From NCBI GenBank assembly GCA_001600815.1, contig BCKZ01000004.1, forward strand, positions 1-64,000: a DNA stretch of 64,000 nucleotides, written 5' to 3'. Every line of letters begins with the position of its first letter. Positions within the stretch are counted from its first letter, which is position 1. The notes beneath the pieces are model-generated. The model saw only the letters and a list, made by a program, of their open reading frames with translations. It did not search any database and had not been told where the DNA came from. Origin of the DNA: Alloascoidea hylecoeti. Its lineage: Eukaryota. A program made the position numbers and the translations under genes. Below are positions 1 through 13,100 of the stretch, piece after piece.

Positions 1-450
1 AAGTGATCATCATTGTTCAAGAAAGTTCTGGAAGGTTCTATCACGTGACCTTAGTTATTCATGAAGGTTGTAGATGGTTCTGGAATGTTCCATGACACGT
101 GACTTACATATATTATATAATTATTAGTATAGAAGGACATTCTGGAATGTTCCATGACGTCATTAGAACCGTCAGGAACATTCTAGGACTTCCTGATGGT
201 CATCCATCTCCCCCCATATTTGTCTATATAAGGAGAGCAAAATCCCCCTCAGTTGATTTTAGCTCTTCACCTTTTATTATTTATTTTAAATATATTCAAC
301 TTTTATTCTACAACTTACAAATTATAATAAAAAGAGAAGAAATCCTCCTCAGGATTTCTTTCTCTACCCTTTTATCTTATTCATATTCTTAACTATTAAA
401 AGTTAAAAGTTTTTTATATTTCGTCTCCACATTCGTCATTACGTAGAACA
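1..450 (+). mobile_element. Probable retrotransposon LTR (5' end outside the window; 3' boundary uncertain)
   Basis: Internally repeated TTCTGGAA(T/G)GTTC(CATGAC) units, CACGTG x2 and TGACGTCA, then CTATATAAGGAG (TATA, ~224-235) and a pyrimidine/AT-rich tract with AATAAA. This is a U3-R-U5-like layout with no credible ORF. TG...CA ends and TSD could not be verified. Confidence 0.45.
16..152. promoter_or_regulatory. Cluster of perfect heat-shock elements (alternating nGAAn)
   Basis: TTCaaGAAagTTCtgGAAggTTC at 16-38 (5 units); TTCtgGAAtgTTC at 78-90 and 140-152. Confidence 0.6.
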
Positions 451-2411
451 ATAAGTTTGCTACTTTGATTCCAATATTTCGGGACTTCGGAAACGATTAG
501 TTCGTCATTCTATGCTTGGTGAGCTACCCGTTGGCTAGAGGATGAGCGGCGTAGCATATGATAAATTAAATTCAGATAACGAAAATATGGTCAACTAAAA
601 ATATAAATAAAATTGGGAATGCCAAAACCACGCATACATAAGTGATAAAAATGGCTCTCGAATGTGGCGAAATCAGAGTAGAAAAACTGTGTCTATAATT
701 TACGGAAGGTTATGTACTACATTACAAACAGTCTAAGGCTTTGTAGAATATTTGGTGTCTGGGCATAATATTGCAAATTTTTGGGAGGGTGGTTTCCAAA
801 AGAGGCGCTCCGGTTTAATTAGTAAGAGGCAAATTAATAAATTTGCATAGGGTGAAATATTGAGAAACAAAATACTGAAATATTTGTTAGACAAATTATC
901 TAATAATCGAAAACGAAATTCCCAAACCTAATGTCATCGAATGACGAAATATATTGAAACAGCGTATATGATATGATCCACTCTATACAGTGCACGTGGC
1001 TGATGTATACTCACAATTATGTCGAATTTAGAAGCTAATGGCGAAATAACAAGATGGGTTGTCCCCTGAATACCAATTTTTAATTTCCAATGTGCCGAAA
1101 ATACGCACACGTTCACTAAAGTGACGAAGTATTCTCTCCAACATGCCGAGTTTAAAGTGGAAAAACAGAAAGGCCGTATACCGTATACTGATACATTGAA
1201 AAAATCATATCATGCTGAAGGAACTACGGTAATAATGTTGTATTATGTTTGTCAATGATTGTTATGTCTCATCAAACAGAATGGAAGTAGTTATCACTCA
1301 TTCATTCAATACTATTGTTTTTCGTTTAACACATTGTTTCGGTTATCTCAAGTCTGTGTTAGGTAGAAGTACTAAACATTACCATAAAGTATTAGTATCA
1401 ATATCCCTTTGAATAGTTATCATCCTTGAAATTTATATTTTATCTGTTTATTACAAGTTATTTAGTTTAGAATAATTCTTATATAAGCAAAGATATTTGT
1501 ACTATAGATTTAGTGAGAACAGTTTTGTCGGTAATTATTGGGTGTTTGTTTGAAATATTTAAGTTTGGTTTTTAAGGTTACAATAATCGGGGTTATTATA
1601 CTTCATAAATGTTTTATCAATGTTTTATAAATGTTTTATTTATAAAACATATTTATTTGATCTCATTATTTACCAACCATATTCAAACACATGTAGTGCC
1701 AATTTATAAATATATATCCACAGTAATATATTGTAAAGATTTAGCGGTTTTATAGCTGAAGAATAACTTGTAATAGAAAGAGAGGGAACTACTTATTATT
1801 TATAGGCCGGTAGCTATGGTTTAATTTATATGAGAACCTATTGTAATATAGTATATCACCTAAAATGTATTGGTGTTATATTGATTGTTATAATAACTAA
1901 AGAAAACTATATTCAAACTATGTAGAACTAAAACTAAAGGGAAATGTGAAGATAGTTATACCAAAAGATGAGACATACAAGTGTACTACTAGTTTCTAAC
2001 TCGTATGATAACATTGCAGTAGATAAAGGATCTACTAATCAAGTATTATAAGTCATTTCCTCAACTATAATACACATATATGGTATATAAGATAAAGCCA
2101 TGTATGAAGTTCATCAAATTTAAGATATGTTAATTATGCATACTAATTTATTGTCTATTGTTACAGTGTATTAAAATTGCAAATTGGTATAATTATTAGA
2201 TTTTATAGCTGTAGGATACAATTCTGAAGCATAGTATACCATTACTAATAAGAATATACATTTTGGAATACTCAATAACAAATTGGATGCACGAATATTT
2301 TTATATAAGACCCACTTGGTTTGCTCTTATTCTTAGAGTATTACTTTTAACTTCAATTGAATTCAATAATTATCATATTTTCCTTTAGCCTTAGCCTTTT
2401 AAATTTAAAAA

Positions 2412-3140
2412 ATGTCAACAGTATATTTCATTTCCGGTGCAAATAGAGGAATTGGATTCTCGCTCGTCAAGCAATTATCTTCAGATTCTCAAAATATAGT
2501 TATCGCCTCTGCAAGGAATCCCAAAAATGCTACTGAATTACAAGATTGGTCCAAGAAACACCCTAATACTAAGATTGTCAAACTTGATATCTCGAATAAT
2601 AGGATAGTATTGGAAGCTTACCGGATCAGGTCTCTAAGTTCACAAATGGAATTGATGTTTTGATCTCAAATGCTGGTATCATTGATGAAAAAAATAGAAC
2701 ATTACTGGAAACACCAACTTCCGCTTTTCAAAGATTATATACAACCAATTTAATCGGACCAGTTTTACTTGTTAGGGCACTCAATCCATTCTTATCCAAA
2801 AGGGAATCACCTAAAACCATTTTTATTTCTAGTATTGCTAGATCTGTTGGGGATTTGATATTGATGAATTTAGCGCAGATGGAAGATCCAAAGAGGCACT
2901 CAACTATTATATTAGGATCGAAGAACCATACCTTTGTTTTCATCCACTCTGATATAGTATCTAGTGATATGAGAAATGAAGCAGTTAGATGATTAAAAGC
3001 TGCTAGCTATGATTCTGCTATGGGTATGAAAATTATAACTCCTGAGGAATCGGCTTCTTCAATGTTGACAGTTATCAAGGAACTTCGCATCAAAGAAACA
3101 GGATCATTCTTGGATTGAAGGAGGGCATATACCTTTTTAA
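2412..3140 (+). pseudogene. Short-chain dehydrogenase/reductase pseudogene, paralogue of 36247-36990
   Basis: Near-identical N-terminus (ISGANRGIG). Frameshift at ~2597, further indels at ~2860-2915, stop at ~2990 and an indel at ~3115. Homology continues to ATACCTTTTTAA at 3140. Confidence 0.9.
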
Positions 3141-4550
3141 TGTTAATTTAACTATACTATATTGTATAGTTTCATGAATTATAAGGGTTTCATGTTAATA
3201 TATAGTTGTTTATATAATTTGTTTGTAATTATATATAGAATTGTTATTATATAAGTTAGATAAATGAAAAATCAGAAGTCAATCTACATCTAGTAGGAGT
3301 CTTATCCATTGCATCGACATATTTTTTACAATAGACATAAAAGTTTAGAGGAAGTTGAGGAGGGACTATTTGAAATGGAAGATGACATAAATTGTATTTT
3401 TATTAATAGCTATGTAGTTTTATAAGTGATCGGCAATGTTAGTACTCTTTATATGAAAACGTATAAATAGAAAATATGTGTAATAAAGAAGTAAAGTCAT
3501 ATAATTGAGAAGGATAATTAAGTGTGGGTAAATGAAATGTGGGTTCATAAGGTAATATGATATTTCCTAAGAAAATTTCCCCTATATATAATTTCAAGTT
3601 TAAGATCTTAAGATAACTATAAATTCAACACTAATCACGAATCCCAATATTCATGGACATTGGAATTATTGGGTTGACTAGAAGATCTACATTATTTTTG
3701 AGGGGTAAAATAAATTACATATATATAGAGTAGATGATTTCCACTTATAATAAGATAACTGAGAATAGAGCAATAATTTTCCTATAACACTTTAAAATCG
3801 CTGACACCACAATGAGCTTAGAAATTTACATTAAACAACTAAATGAAACTATGCAAGAGTTTGTGAAGCTCAAGGAGGAGAAGGAACAAAAGGAATCGTT
3901 GTAGCTTGTATGCAGTTTGGTATTCATAGAAATATTAGCAAACAGTTCGGAGATTGATAAGATATCCACGGTATCTATTAGATGAACTAACTAAAATGAT
4001 ATCAAATAATCAATATTTTCCAAATAATTACTACTTATTTAAGTCGTTAATACACAAAGCTTTGTGTATTTCTATGAATGAGAATAGATGATGAGAAAAC
4101 ACGATGGGTACGTCTACAACCGGGACTATGCATACTACCATAGAGAATTAGGTATAAGTTTACTCTATACTATTTAGCCACCAATTTTTCTACTCTTTTT
4201 CAAAACACCCTCTTTCAACTAAACTTTTCGCTGTTTGCTTTTAATTAGATTTGCAAAATTTGGGTTATTATCGTGTTTTAACTTATCATGATCATGCAAA
4301 GTCACTACACTAACGATGTAATAAAAATCTAAGTAGAAATTTGAGTATTTGTGAATTATACTTCAAAATCGTAGCATAATTAGTTAGTTACGCGATTTAA
4401 TTCATTTAGTGTTAAACACAATTTCAATATTAATGCCTAATTAACCACCTGAATTGTAATACAATAATAGTAATTATGTTTATTAATGGGAAGGTAAAAC
4501 TATTACTTTTCTACATTTATTTTTAATAATTGTATAAAATATATTAGTGA

Positions 4551-5651
4551 TTATAAAACTTGTCTAACATTAATATTAACTCTTTTATTCCGTATCCAAT
4601 TCCTAGCTTCTTTCCTAAGTTCATTATCATTACCAACAATATCTCCATCATCAAACAAATCATTAGTTCCTCCCCATATTTTCCCAACACCATGATAAGC
4701 ATATCTTGCACTACCACTCATAACAACAACATCCCCACTTCTTAATATAATCGCTAAAGGTTCCTCATTTTTTGACAATCCTGCATAAAAAACACAATCA
4801 CAACCTAATGATATACTAATTAAATCTTGTGAAGATAATTCACTAACATCTTGGTGAACATTTAATATATCATTTTGATTTGAATTATAAAAATTAATAA
4901 TTGCAGCTTCTGGATTAATATTAAATAAAGGTAATGATAATAAATTTTTTAAATCATTTGGGAAAAATGGGAAAAATTTTGAACCTATTTCAAATGATGG
5001 ATATTTTTTATTTGTCCAATTATATTGACCACCAAGTGTAATCCATCTTAATTTTTTATCAGAAATTTCAAACATTGATAAATTTTTTTGTTTTTTTAAT
5101 TGTGGTACAAGTTGTGAATCTTTTGGTTTTATTATTAAATCATTGTATTTCAATTTTTCTTCATTATCTAATGATAATGATTTTAAAATATATAAAGGTC
5201 TTTTAATATTATAATGTAAATCTAAATTATTTAAATGTTTCTCTGATGGGATATAATTTTTTAATGTTTTTAAAATTAATGATTCTTGTATAGATTTTGG
5301 GAAAAATTTTGATATTATGTATAAACCAGATAATTCATTAATTTTTATTGATTTTGGATAATTTGATTCCTCAAGTAAATTTAAATCTACATTAATATTT
5401 GTCGTATCTAAATCTTGATCATCATAAATAAAAGTTTTAAATTTTTCATTTAATAAATTAATACTTTTATTTTTATCATTTAAATCATCATAATTAATTG
5501 GTAAATAATCTTCAATTTCAATATGATAATTATCATTTTTAAAATTTTTTAAATTATTTAAATTTAATATTTTAAAATCTTTTTCAATTTCATCTTTTAA
5601 TATTCTTCTATGTTTTTTAAAAAAAGGTTTAAATGAATTTTGTTCATTCAT
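4551..5651 (-). CDS. AlkB-family (ALKBH1-like) 2OG-Fe(II) dioxygenase
   Basis: KLRWITLGGQYNW, PEAAIINFY, HQD (HxD), YHGV and RVNINVRQV motifs. Confidence 0.9.
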   Translation of the reverse strand: MNEQNSFKPFFKKHRRILKDEIEKDFKILNLNNLKNFKNDNYHIEIEDYLPINYDDLNDKNKSINLLNEKFKTFIYDDQDLDTTNINVDLNLLEESNYPKSIKINELSGLYIISKFFPKSIQESLILKTLKNYIPSEKHLNNLDLHYNIKRPLYILKSLSLDNEEKLKYNDLIIKPKDSQLVPQLKKQKNLSMFEISDKKLRWITLGGQYNWTNKKYPSFEIGSKFFPFFPNDLKNLLSLPLFNINPEAAIINFYNSNQNDILNVHQDVSELSSQDLISISLGCDCVFYAGLSKNEEPLAIILRSGDVVVMSGSARYAYHGVGKIWGGTNDLFDDGDIVGNDNELRKEARNWIRNKRVNINVRQVL

Positions 5652-5809
5652 TTTTTCATTTTTCTTTGTTAATTTTTTACAATGAAAATTAGATGAAGAA
5701 AATTAAAGCTAAAAATTCATATGTATGTGCACGTGACTAAGATTCCGTGACTTATCTATAACTAAATAGTAAGAGATTTATATACTTTTTTTCAGTTCAT
5801 TTGATAACA

Positions 5810-6623
5810 ATGTTTATCAATACAGATCTCTATATGAGAGAACTGTTTATAAGAGGCATGTTTTATTGTAGATAATAATAAAATGGGGGGGTTGAATACT
5901 AACATAATAAATGAATAGATGATGATGATGAATGTTATGGATATGGGTGTAATTCGACATGGGATTGGTATGTTTTCAGAGGGGATCCCCAAGTGATATT
6001 TTCTGAAAACTAACAAATTTATTGTATTATTGAACAGGGCACGATGGATTTTATTTGTATTATTTGCAGCATTCTTAATATTAGCGGTTTCAGGATCATG
6101 TATTACAAATAGAAAGCGTCGACAAATGGGTAAAACACCAGTGTATGGTACGGCTTGGATGATGCCTCCAGCTTATACGGCTAACACTGCCCCAATTCCA
6201 GCTAATCAGCAATACGATGTCCCGACCTATTCACAAAATGCAGCACCAACAGATGCCGGATATTATGATGCTAATGGGAGATTTGTAATGACCGGACAAA
6301 TGTATTATAATCCTGTTCCTAATACTAATCCGAATCAATATCAATATCAACCACCACAACGCACCGGAGAAACTTTAGAAGAAGGGACCACGGGAGGAAC
6401 ATTTTATCGAGGACCTGCCCAACCAAATGAAACACATATTAATGGGTCTGGGAATAATAATATTGAATTAGGCAGCTTCCAAGCCCCTCCGGGTCCTCCT
6501 CCGGGTCCTCCTCCTGGCCCACCACCTACTACTTCCACTAGCGCCACCAACAATAATCTAGATAGTGAATTACCCAATTATCAGCCTCCTTCAAATCCAC
6601 TGCCAACCGCAAGGAAGAATTGA
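5810..6623 (+). CDS. RCR-family (Congo red resistance/chitin regulation) single-pass membrane protein with PY motifs; exons 5810-5855, 5919-5967, 6038-6623
   Basis: Spliced N-terminus MFINTDLYMRELFIRDDDDECYGYGCNSTWDWARW, then TM, RKRRQMG-PVYGTAW, PPAY/VPTY and YQPPS. Intron 1 is GCATGT..TACTAAC..TAG; intron 2 is GTATGT..ACTAAC..CAG. Confidence 0.8.
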
Positions 6624-7175
6624 TAGCTATATATCTATATATCGTATCGTTAATAAAAATGTTTGAGTTTGACGTTTCAAACGGATAGTCAATTGGTTGA
6701 GTCTCGTATTTGTTCTTGGCAAGAATGGCAATTACAAAATAGATTAATAAAGTGAATCCCATATAACGAGGAGCAAATCCAGGAGAAACACATTCATATT
6801 GACACTATAGATGCAATGGCTCCTTCACAACAATTCTATGAAGCTCTTCTCAAAAGAGGTAGGTTGTATGGTATTTTGGAAGACAAACAGGAAACTAATA
6901 TTAGATCAACCGGCGAAGAAGAGCAAGAGGATCGGCCCCACTGAGGGGAACCACGTGGGGCAACAACAACAACCCTAAGGACGTGGAGCTCCTACACTCC
7001 ACCTCCAGCGACCGAACCCGCACAAAAGCAAGACGTTAAGAAGTGATTTAACTCCGGGCAGAGTTACCCTGCCTGCGCACATCATTTGATCCCTTTAAAT
7101 CATTGCCACCGCTATACTTATAGATTCTTCACATAGCTTCTTCTCAATTATATTTACTTTCCTGTGTGTTTAATT

Positions 7176-8466
7176 ATGTCCACTCACACTTTTACTTGGT
7201 ATGTTTTGTCAATTGTTTTGTATTCTTATCTGCATATGCTAACATGTAGAAATGCATGATAGGCCCTCAGGTCCTGACGATGTATTCGTCACCGGTACTT
7301 TTGACAATTGGTCCAAATCCTTACCTCTAGTTAAACAATCTGATGGTTCTTTTTCTCTAACCACTCCATTACTCTTCAAACCAGATGAAGAGAAAATTTA
7401 TTTTAAATATGTTGTTGATGGAGAATGGAAAACTGGTGATGTTGAAGATAAGGAATTGGATGATTCTGGAATTGAAAATAATATTTTAAAAAAATCAGAT
7501 ATTTCAATTTCATCTCCTGATAAGAAATATATTCCCGAAAGTGGTGGTGTTATATCTGTTGAAGGTTTACAAGCCAATGAAAAGACTTTTAAAACTACTG
7601 TTGAACCAAAAGAAGAACCAAAACAGGTTTCTGTTAAAGGAGAACCTGGTATTGCCATTCCTGAAAACGCACAAGATATCAGTGCTTTTACTGAATTCTC
7701 AACGGTTGATCCTAAAAGTCTAAATGTAGAAGAACCTACAGAAAGCAAGGATGATACGTTCAAAACTACAGTTTTGCCAAAAGAAGAACCTAAACAGGTA
7801 TCAGTGAAGGGAGAACCTGGACTTGTTATTCCTAAGAATGCAGAAGACATCAGTGCTTTTACTGAGTTTTCAACAGTTGATCCTAAGAGTTTAAATGTGG
7901 AAGAACCTACAGCAAGCAATGATGATACTTTTACAACTACAGTCTTACCAAAAGAAGAACCAAAACAAGTTTCTCTTAAAGGAGAACCTGGACTTGTTAT
8001 TCCAGAGAATGCTGCAAACATCAGCGCTTTTACTGAGTTTTCAACGGTTGATCCTAAAAGTCTAAATGTGGAAGAGCCTACAGAAAGCAATGATACATTT
8101 AAAGCTACGGTATTGCCAAAAGAAGAACCAAAGCAAATTTCTGTTCAAGGAGAGCCTGGTATTGTTATTCCAGAAAATTCTGCAAACATTAGCGCTTTCA
8201 CTGAGGTTTCCACTGTTGATCCTAAGAGTCTTAACGTAGAAGAAGCTACTGCAGAAGGTGCAGAAGGTGCAGAAGCCACAACCAGCAAGGACGCAGAGCC
8301 GGTATCGGTCAAGGAAGAGCCTAGTACTGTTGTTCCAGAGAAGGTGCAAGACGCTAGTGAGGCACCAAAGGTTGAACCCAAGAGTTCCAATAGCACACCC
8401 AGCAAGAAGAGCGAAAAGAGGAAATCGTTGGGCGCATTCAGTAAGCTGCGTAAGTGGTTTTCCTAG
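7176..8466 (+). CDS. CRP1/MDG1-like protein with N-terminal AMPK-type glycogen-binding (CBM48-like) domain; exons 7176-7198, 7263-8466
   Basis: Spliced MSTHTFTWPSGPDDVFVTGTFDNWSK...FKYVVDGEW; GTATGT..GCTAAC..TAG intron; basic C-terminal FSKLRKWFS. Confidence 0.85.
7585..8245 (+). repeat. Four tandem coding repeats of 168-171 nt (56-57 aa)
   Basis: Units start at about 7585, 7756, 7927 and 8095: TFKTTVxPKEEPKQVSVKGEPGxxIPENAxxISAFTEFSTVDPKSLNVEE. Confidence 0.95.
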
Positions 8467-8560
8467 TTGCATTGAATTAGATTAGATTATATAAGCAGGA
8501 GATATTATGAATAAGCGGCCGTGGTATGTTAGGTAATATATTAGTCATCGAACTCTGATA

Positions 8561-8592
8561 CTTGGCGTCTTGGCGTCTTGGCGTTTTGGCGT
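8561..8592 (-). promoter_or_regulatory. Tandem PacC/Rim101 binding sites (GCCAAG x3 plus one degenerate)
   Basis: (CTTGGCGT)3 TTTGGCGT, 60-90 nt upstream of the RIM101 ATG. Confidence 0.6.
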
Positions 8593-8653
8593 AGTAATAT
8601 TAATCCTCGTTAGCACTTTCCTCTGCTACCACCATTTGGTACCCAATACAAGC

Positions 8654-9895
8654 ATGAGTTACTCTGAATTCGAAGGGTCTGTGGGGTCTCCGCCGACCTC
8701 GGTCTCCTCCAATTCATCCGCGTCCCCTCCGTCCATCTGCCCCTCGTCAACCTTCGTGTGCGAGTGGGAAAAGTGTTTCCAGTGTTTTGTGTCTCCAGAG
8801 TTACTATACAATCATCTCTGTGAACAGCATGTTGGCAGGAAATCCAAAAATAATCTGTGTTTGGCCTGTCATTGGAATAGCTGTAACGCTATGACAACAA
8901 AAAGAGACCATATCACTTCCCATTTAAGAGTTCACATACCTCTAAAACCTTTTCAATGTCAAATTTGTGATAAGAAATTTAAAAGAAAACAAGACTTGAA
9001 AAAACACGTAAAAACTCATCCAATTCAATCTACCTATAACACTCTTCAAACTGAAAGAACTCCTAATAAACGAAAATTTCTTAATCATCATGAAGATGTT
9101 AAATTTAATGTTAATGTTAATACTGAAGGTATTGGTAACTTCATACATGATGTTAAAAGACATAAGATTATTCCAAAATATGATGTCGATATGGAGACAA
9201 GATTATCCAACCTAGAGGCTATTCTAGGATTATCGGAATATCCTATTCAGCAACCACAACCTCAACAACCTATTCCAAATTATAACTACAATGATTTAGT
9301 AGAAACTGATAATTTCTTAAACCTATTATCACAAGATATAAATTCTTCTTATTTATCAAAACCTTTAAATTTATACCCAACTATTCCAACAACAACAACG
9401 TCAAGTCAACCTTCAACAAATACTTCAACAATTCATCCTCCAACAAGTACTGAATTTCCATTAATTTCTTCAAGATTTAAAGAATCTACTACTGATTTTA
9501 AATACTATATAAATGCAAAGAATTCTTGTTCTGATAATAGCGAAGAAGAAGAAGTAGAAGAAGAAGAAGAAAATGAAAATGAAAATGAAGATGATGGAGA
9601 AATTATTGATTTAATTAAATCTATCGATAAAATAAATATTAATAAGAATGATGCACGTGATGATACTTCGCTTAGATATTTAAAACATTTAGACATAATC
9701 AATGAATTAAGAAAGATCATCAATGGATTATTACAACAAGAATCAACTAGAATTGATACTTTAAAGAATTCACAAAGGAATCTACAATTGCAAGGGACAA
9801 AACAGGAAAATGAAATTTCGGGTTGTAATAGAAATGGGTTCGGATCGGGGTTTGGGTTGGAGAATTTAAATAGAAGTTTATATCCTATTCTATAA
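8654..9895 (+). CDS. RIM101: pH-response C2H2 transcription factor PacC/Rim101
   Basis: Three zinc fingers: [46 protein letters not shown]. YPxL/I motifs (LYPTI, C-terminal LYPIL). First in-frame ATG is 8654. Confidence 0.88.
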   Translation: MSYSEFEGSVGSPPTSVSSNSSASPPSICPSSTFVCEWEKCFQCFVSPELLYNHLCEQHVGRKSKNNLCLACHWNSCNAMTTKRDHITSHLRVHIPLKPFQCQICDKKFKRKQDLKKHVKTHPIQSTYNTLQTERTPNKRKFLNHHEDVKFNVNVNTEGIGNFIHDVKRHKIIPKYDVDMETRLSNLEAILGLSEYPIQQPQPQQPIPNYNYNDLVETDNFLNLLSQDINSSYLSKPLNLYPTIPTTTTSSQPSTNTSTIHPPTSTEFPLISSRFKESTTDFKYYINAKNSCSDNSEEEEVEEEEENENENEDDGEIIDLIKSIDKININKNDARDDTSLRYLKHLDIINELRKIINGLLQQESTRIDTLKNSQRNLQLQGTKQENEISGCNRNGFGSGFGLENLNRSLYPIL

Positions 9896-10114
9896 TTCTA
9901 TATTGCTATTGTTATAAAACCTTTGCTTTAATATATTTATTTATTTCTTTAATTTTATTTCATGATCAATAAATATAATATATATATATGATGATCAATT
10001 ATATATGGACCGATACTTTGTCAACCCAAGTTCCGGGAAAATGTGATAGAAATGTGTCCAAAGCAAGTTAGAAACCTACCAACTCCACCAACTTAGACCT
10101 TCAGGAAATCAGGA

Positions 10115-13100
10115 ATGACAGATTACAATGAAAAGGCCCTTTGGGTGACTCAACTTTGTTCAACTTCTCCTTCAAAGTTGGATTCCTCGGAAATTATAAA
10201 ATTAGGTTCTTTTTTCGCAGATTCAGATCCTGATGTACCACAATCAATTATTGATAATGCTTGTGAAGCATATTATTTATTCTTTACTTTAAAAAATGAT
10301 TCACAAATGGCTTATGATGCTGCAAATATCCATATTGGAATCATCAATAGTAAAAAAGGTTGTAAGAAAGCTTCAGTATTATGTTTGAACAGTATCTTCA
10401 AAGCAGTTGGTTCTTCAATCATGTCTTTGGCTCCATTGGCAATCATTTCTTTAAATAAATCCTATAAATCGAGTGATTCTGATGCTGGTTTAAATGCTTC
10501 AATAGTTAAAACATGTTCAACAATTATTAATAAATCTGGTAAAACAATTGCTGATTCTTCTTTTAAATCTTTATGGAAAATGGCTAAATCTTCATCTTTA
10601 GATAAATCTGTTATTATATCATGTTCTGGTTTTGATTTATTAAAAGAAATTATTTCAACTTCTTATCATTTTAAAATTTATTCTGATCTTGAAGCGGTTA
10701 AACTTTTAATTTTAAAAGGTTTAGCTTCAAATTATTCAATTGTTAGGGAACATGCTTCAAAATGTTTTGCAAAAGCTTTAATATTATCAATCGATACAAC
10801 TTCAACTGAAATTATAAATAACCCTGAAGATGATTCAAAAGCAACTTCAACTTCTAATTCTACAACAACTAATACCAGTAATTCTACTATTAATAAAACA
10901 AAACCAAAGAAAAAATCAAATAATTCTCCTTTAGATTTATCATTACATGATGCTTTTGAATTATTAACAAATCTTTATATTAAATCTTCAATTGATTCTA
11001 CTGACTCATTAAATATTAGATCTGGTATAGTTGAAACTTTTATTGAATTTTTATTCTTAATTGATTCTCCTCAAATCATTGAACAAAATTATTTAAAAAT
11101 TTTAAATAGTTGGTGTTTTGTTTTATCACAATCAAATTTAAATTTATCATCATCATCATCATCATCATCATCAAATTCTTATTCAATTTTAAAAGCAAGA
11201 GAACATTTAAATTTAATTAATAATATTATTTTTAAACAATTATTTGGTGAATTTGGTAGATTATCAGCAATTAAATTAATCATTACAAATTTAATAAATG
11301 TTACAAATACAACTGTTTCAACTTCAAGTGAAACTCTTATTGCTTATTTATCATCAATGTCAAATTTAATAAAATTATTAGGTTCTGCAATTTCTGAAGT
11401 TCAAGATCAAATAAAATCTGTTTTTGTTCAATTATTATCTAATTCATCCCAACAAGTTCAAATTAATACTTGTGCTTGTCTTAAGGTATTTGTTTTAGCA
11501 ATGCCTGCTCAAATTATTCCATTAATGACTATTTGTTTAAATAGTGTTAATAGAGAATTACATGCTTTAAAATCTTCAAAATCAAATACTAATAATAATA
11601 CTGCTGATTCAACTCTTGGTTTTGCTTATGCTCTTGCTACTTTAACAAGTATATCACCATTAAAAAGAAATTATACATCATTAGATATAACAACTAGAAT
11701 TCTTTCAATTGCAACTTCAATATTGAAATCTTCAACAAATACATCATCATTTGAAAAGAATTTAAATCTTTCAATTTTTAAACAGATTAGAATTGCATGG
11801 ATTCTATTAACTGGTTTAATGAATTTAGGTCCTGATTTTATGAAAATTCATTTATCACAAATGTTATTATTTTGGAGAAGTGCTGTTTCAAGACAATCTA
11901 CAAAAGATGATAATTGTAATATTATTACTTTAAGTTATTTATTAGATATTAGATATTCTGCATTAACTTGTATTTTATCTTTTATTAAATCAAATGAAAG
12001 ATTAATTACAAATGATGTTTCTAAAAGATTGGGTGTTATTTTTCAAAATGCAACTGGTTTTATAAATGGTATTCCTCCAGATTTAGATTTAAAACAAAAG
12101 GAAGAAAAAAATAATAGGAAAAATGAAATTTATTGGTCTTTTAAACAATATACATTAATGATTAAAAAAAGAACATTACAATGTTATTTAAAAATGTCAA
12201 ATATATCTTCTGCACAAGATATATTTCATGCTAATGTATTAGTTTCAACAGTTGTTAATTTTGCTGATCCAACTCAATTCACCAAATTTTTAACATCAAA
12301 TATAACAACGAATAGTTCTTCTTCAGCAATAACGCCATCTTCTTCTTCTTCTTCTTCTCCAACTGATAGTCCCTTTATTGGTGATAATTTATCATTTGGT
12401 GTTACAAGTTATTATAGGATTAATTGTACAAATAGAGATTTGATATTCCCAATGGTTTCATTTCATGATTTATTAGATTATATTTTAAAAAAACCAATAT
12501 CTGGTGCATTAGAATATGATTCTGGTGAAATTTATTCATCACCAATGTTAAATATTAATAATAATTTTAATTTATCAAATTTATCAAATGAAAATACAAG
12601 TTATAATTCCACTTTTAATTATTATTATGAAAATAATTTATTAAATTTACCATTATCACCGGAAACTGAAATTGTTGATTTATCAATTGAATTATTTGGT
12701 TCATTATTTCATAAACAAACTCCGAAAGTTCAAGAAAGTACTTTAGAACAAATGGAATCTTATTTAGGTACTTCATCTTCATCGTCATTATCAAGAAATA
12801 ATACTAATAATTCAACAGGATCAAATCATAATGGCTCATCAATAAATTCAACAACTGCTTTAGATCATAGAAAATTAGCGGTTAGAATAAATTCAATTCT
12901 AGCATTACATAATGCTTTAAAAATAAATTCTGGAGTTGAATTAAATCCAAGGGTTTTAAATGCTCTTACATTATCATTAAGAAAATCACTACAAAATCAA
13001 GAATTATTTATATCTTTAACAGCTGCAAGATCAATTGGTCTTGCATGTTCAATTGGTGGTAGTACTTTTATATCAACGCAATTAAAATTTATAATTGATC

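Noticed and set aside
480..560. GC-richer hairpin-like stretch, possibly a tRNA or ncRNA
   Set aside because: No cloverleaf or A/B boxes recognisable.
3479..3903. Possible solo LTR (TGTAATA...TATAACA) followed by a short coiled-coil ORF
   Set aside because: No target-site duplication, no PBS and no second copy in the window.
7398..8090. 230-aa antisense ORF
   Set aside because: Shadow of the repetitive CRP1-like coding strand.
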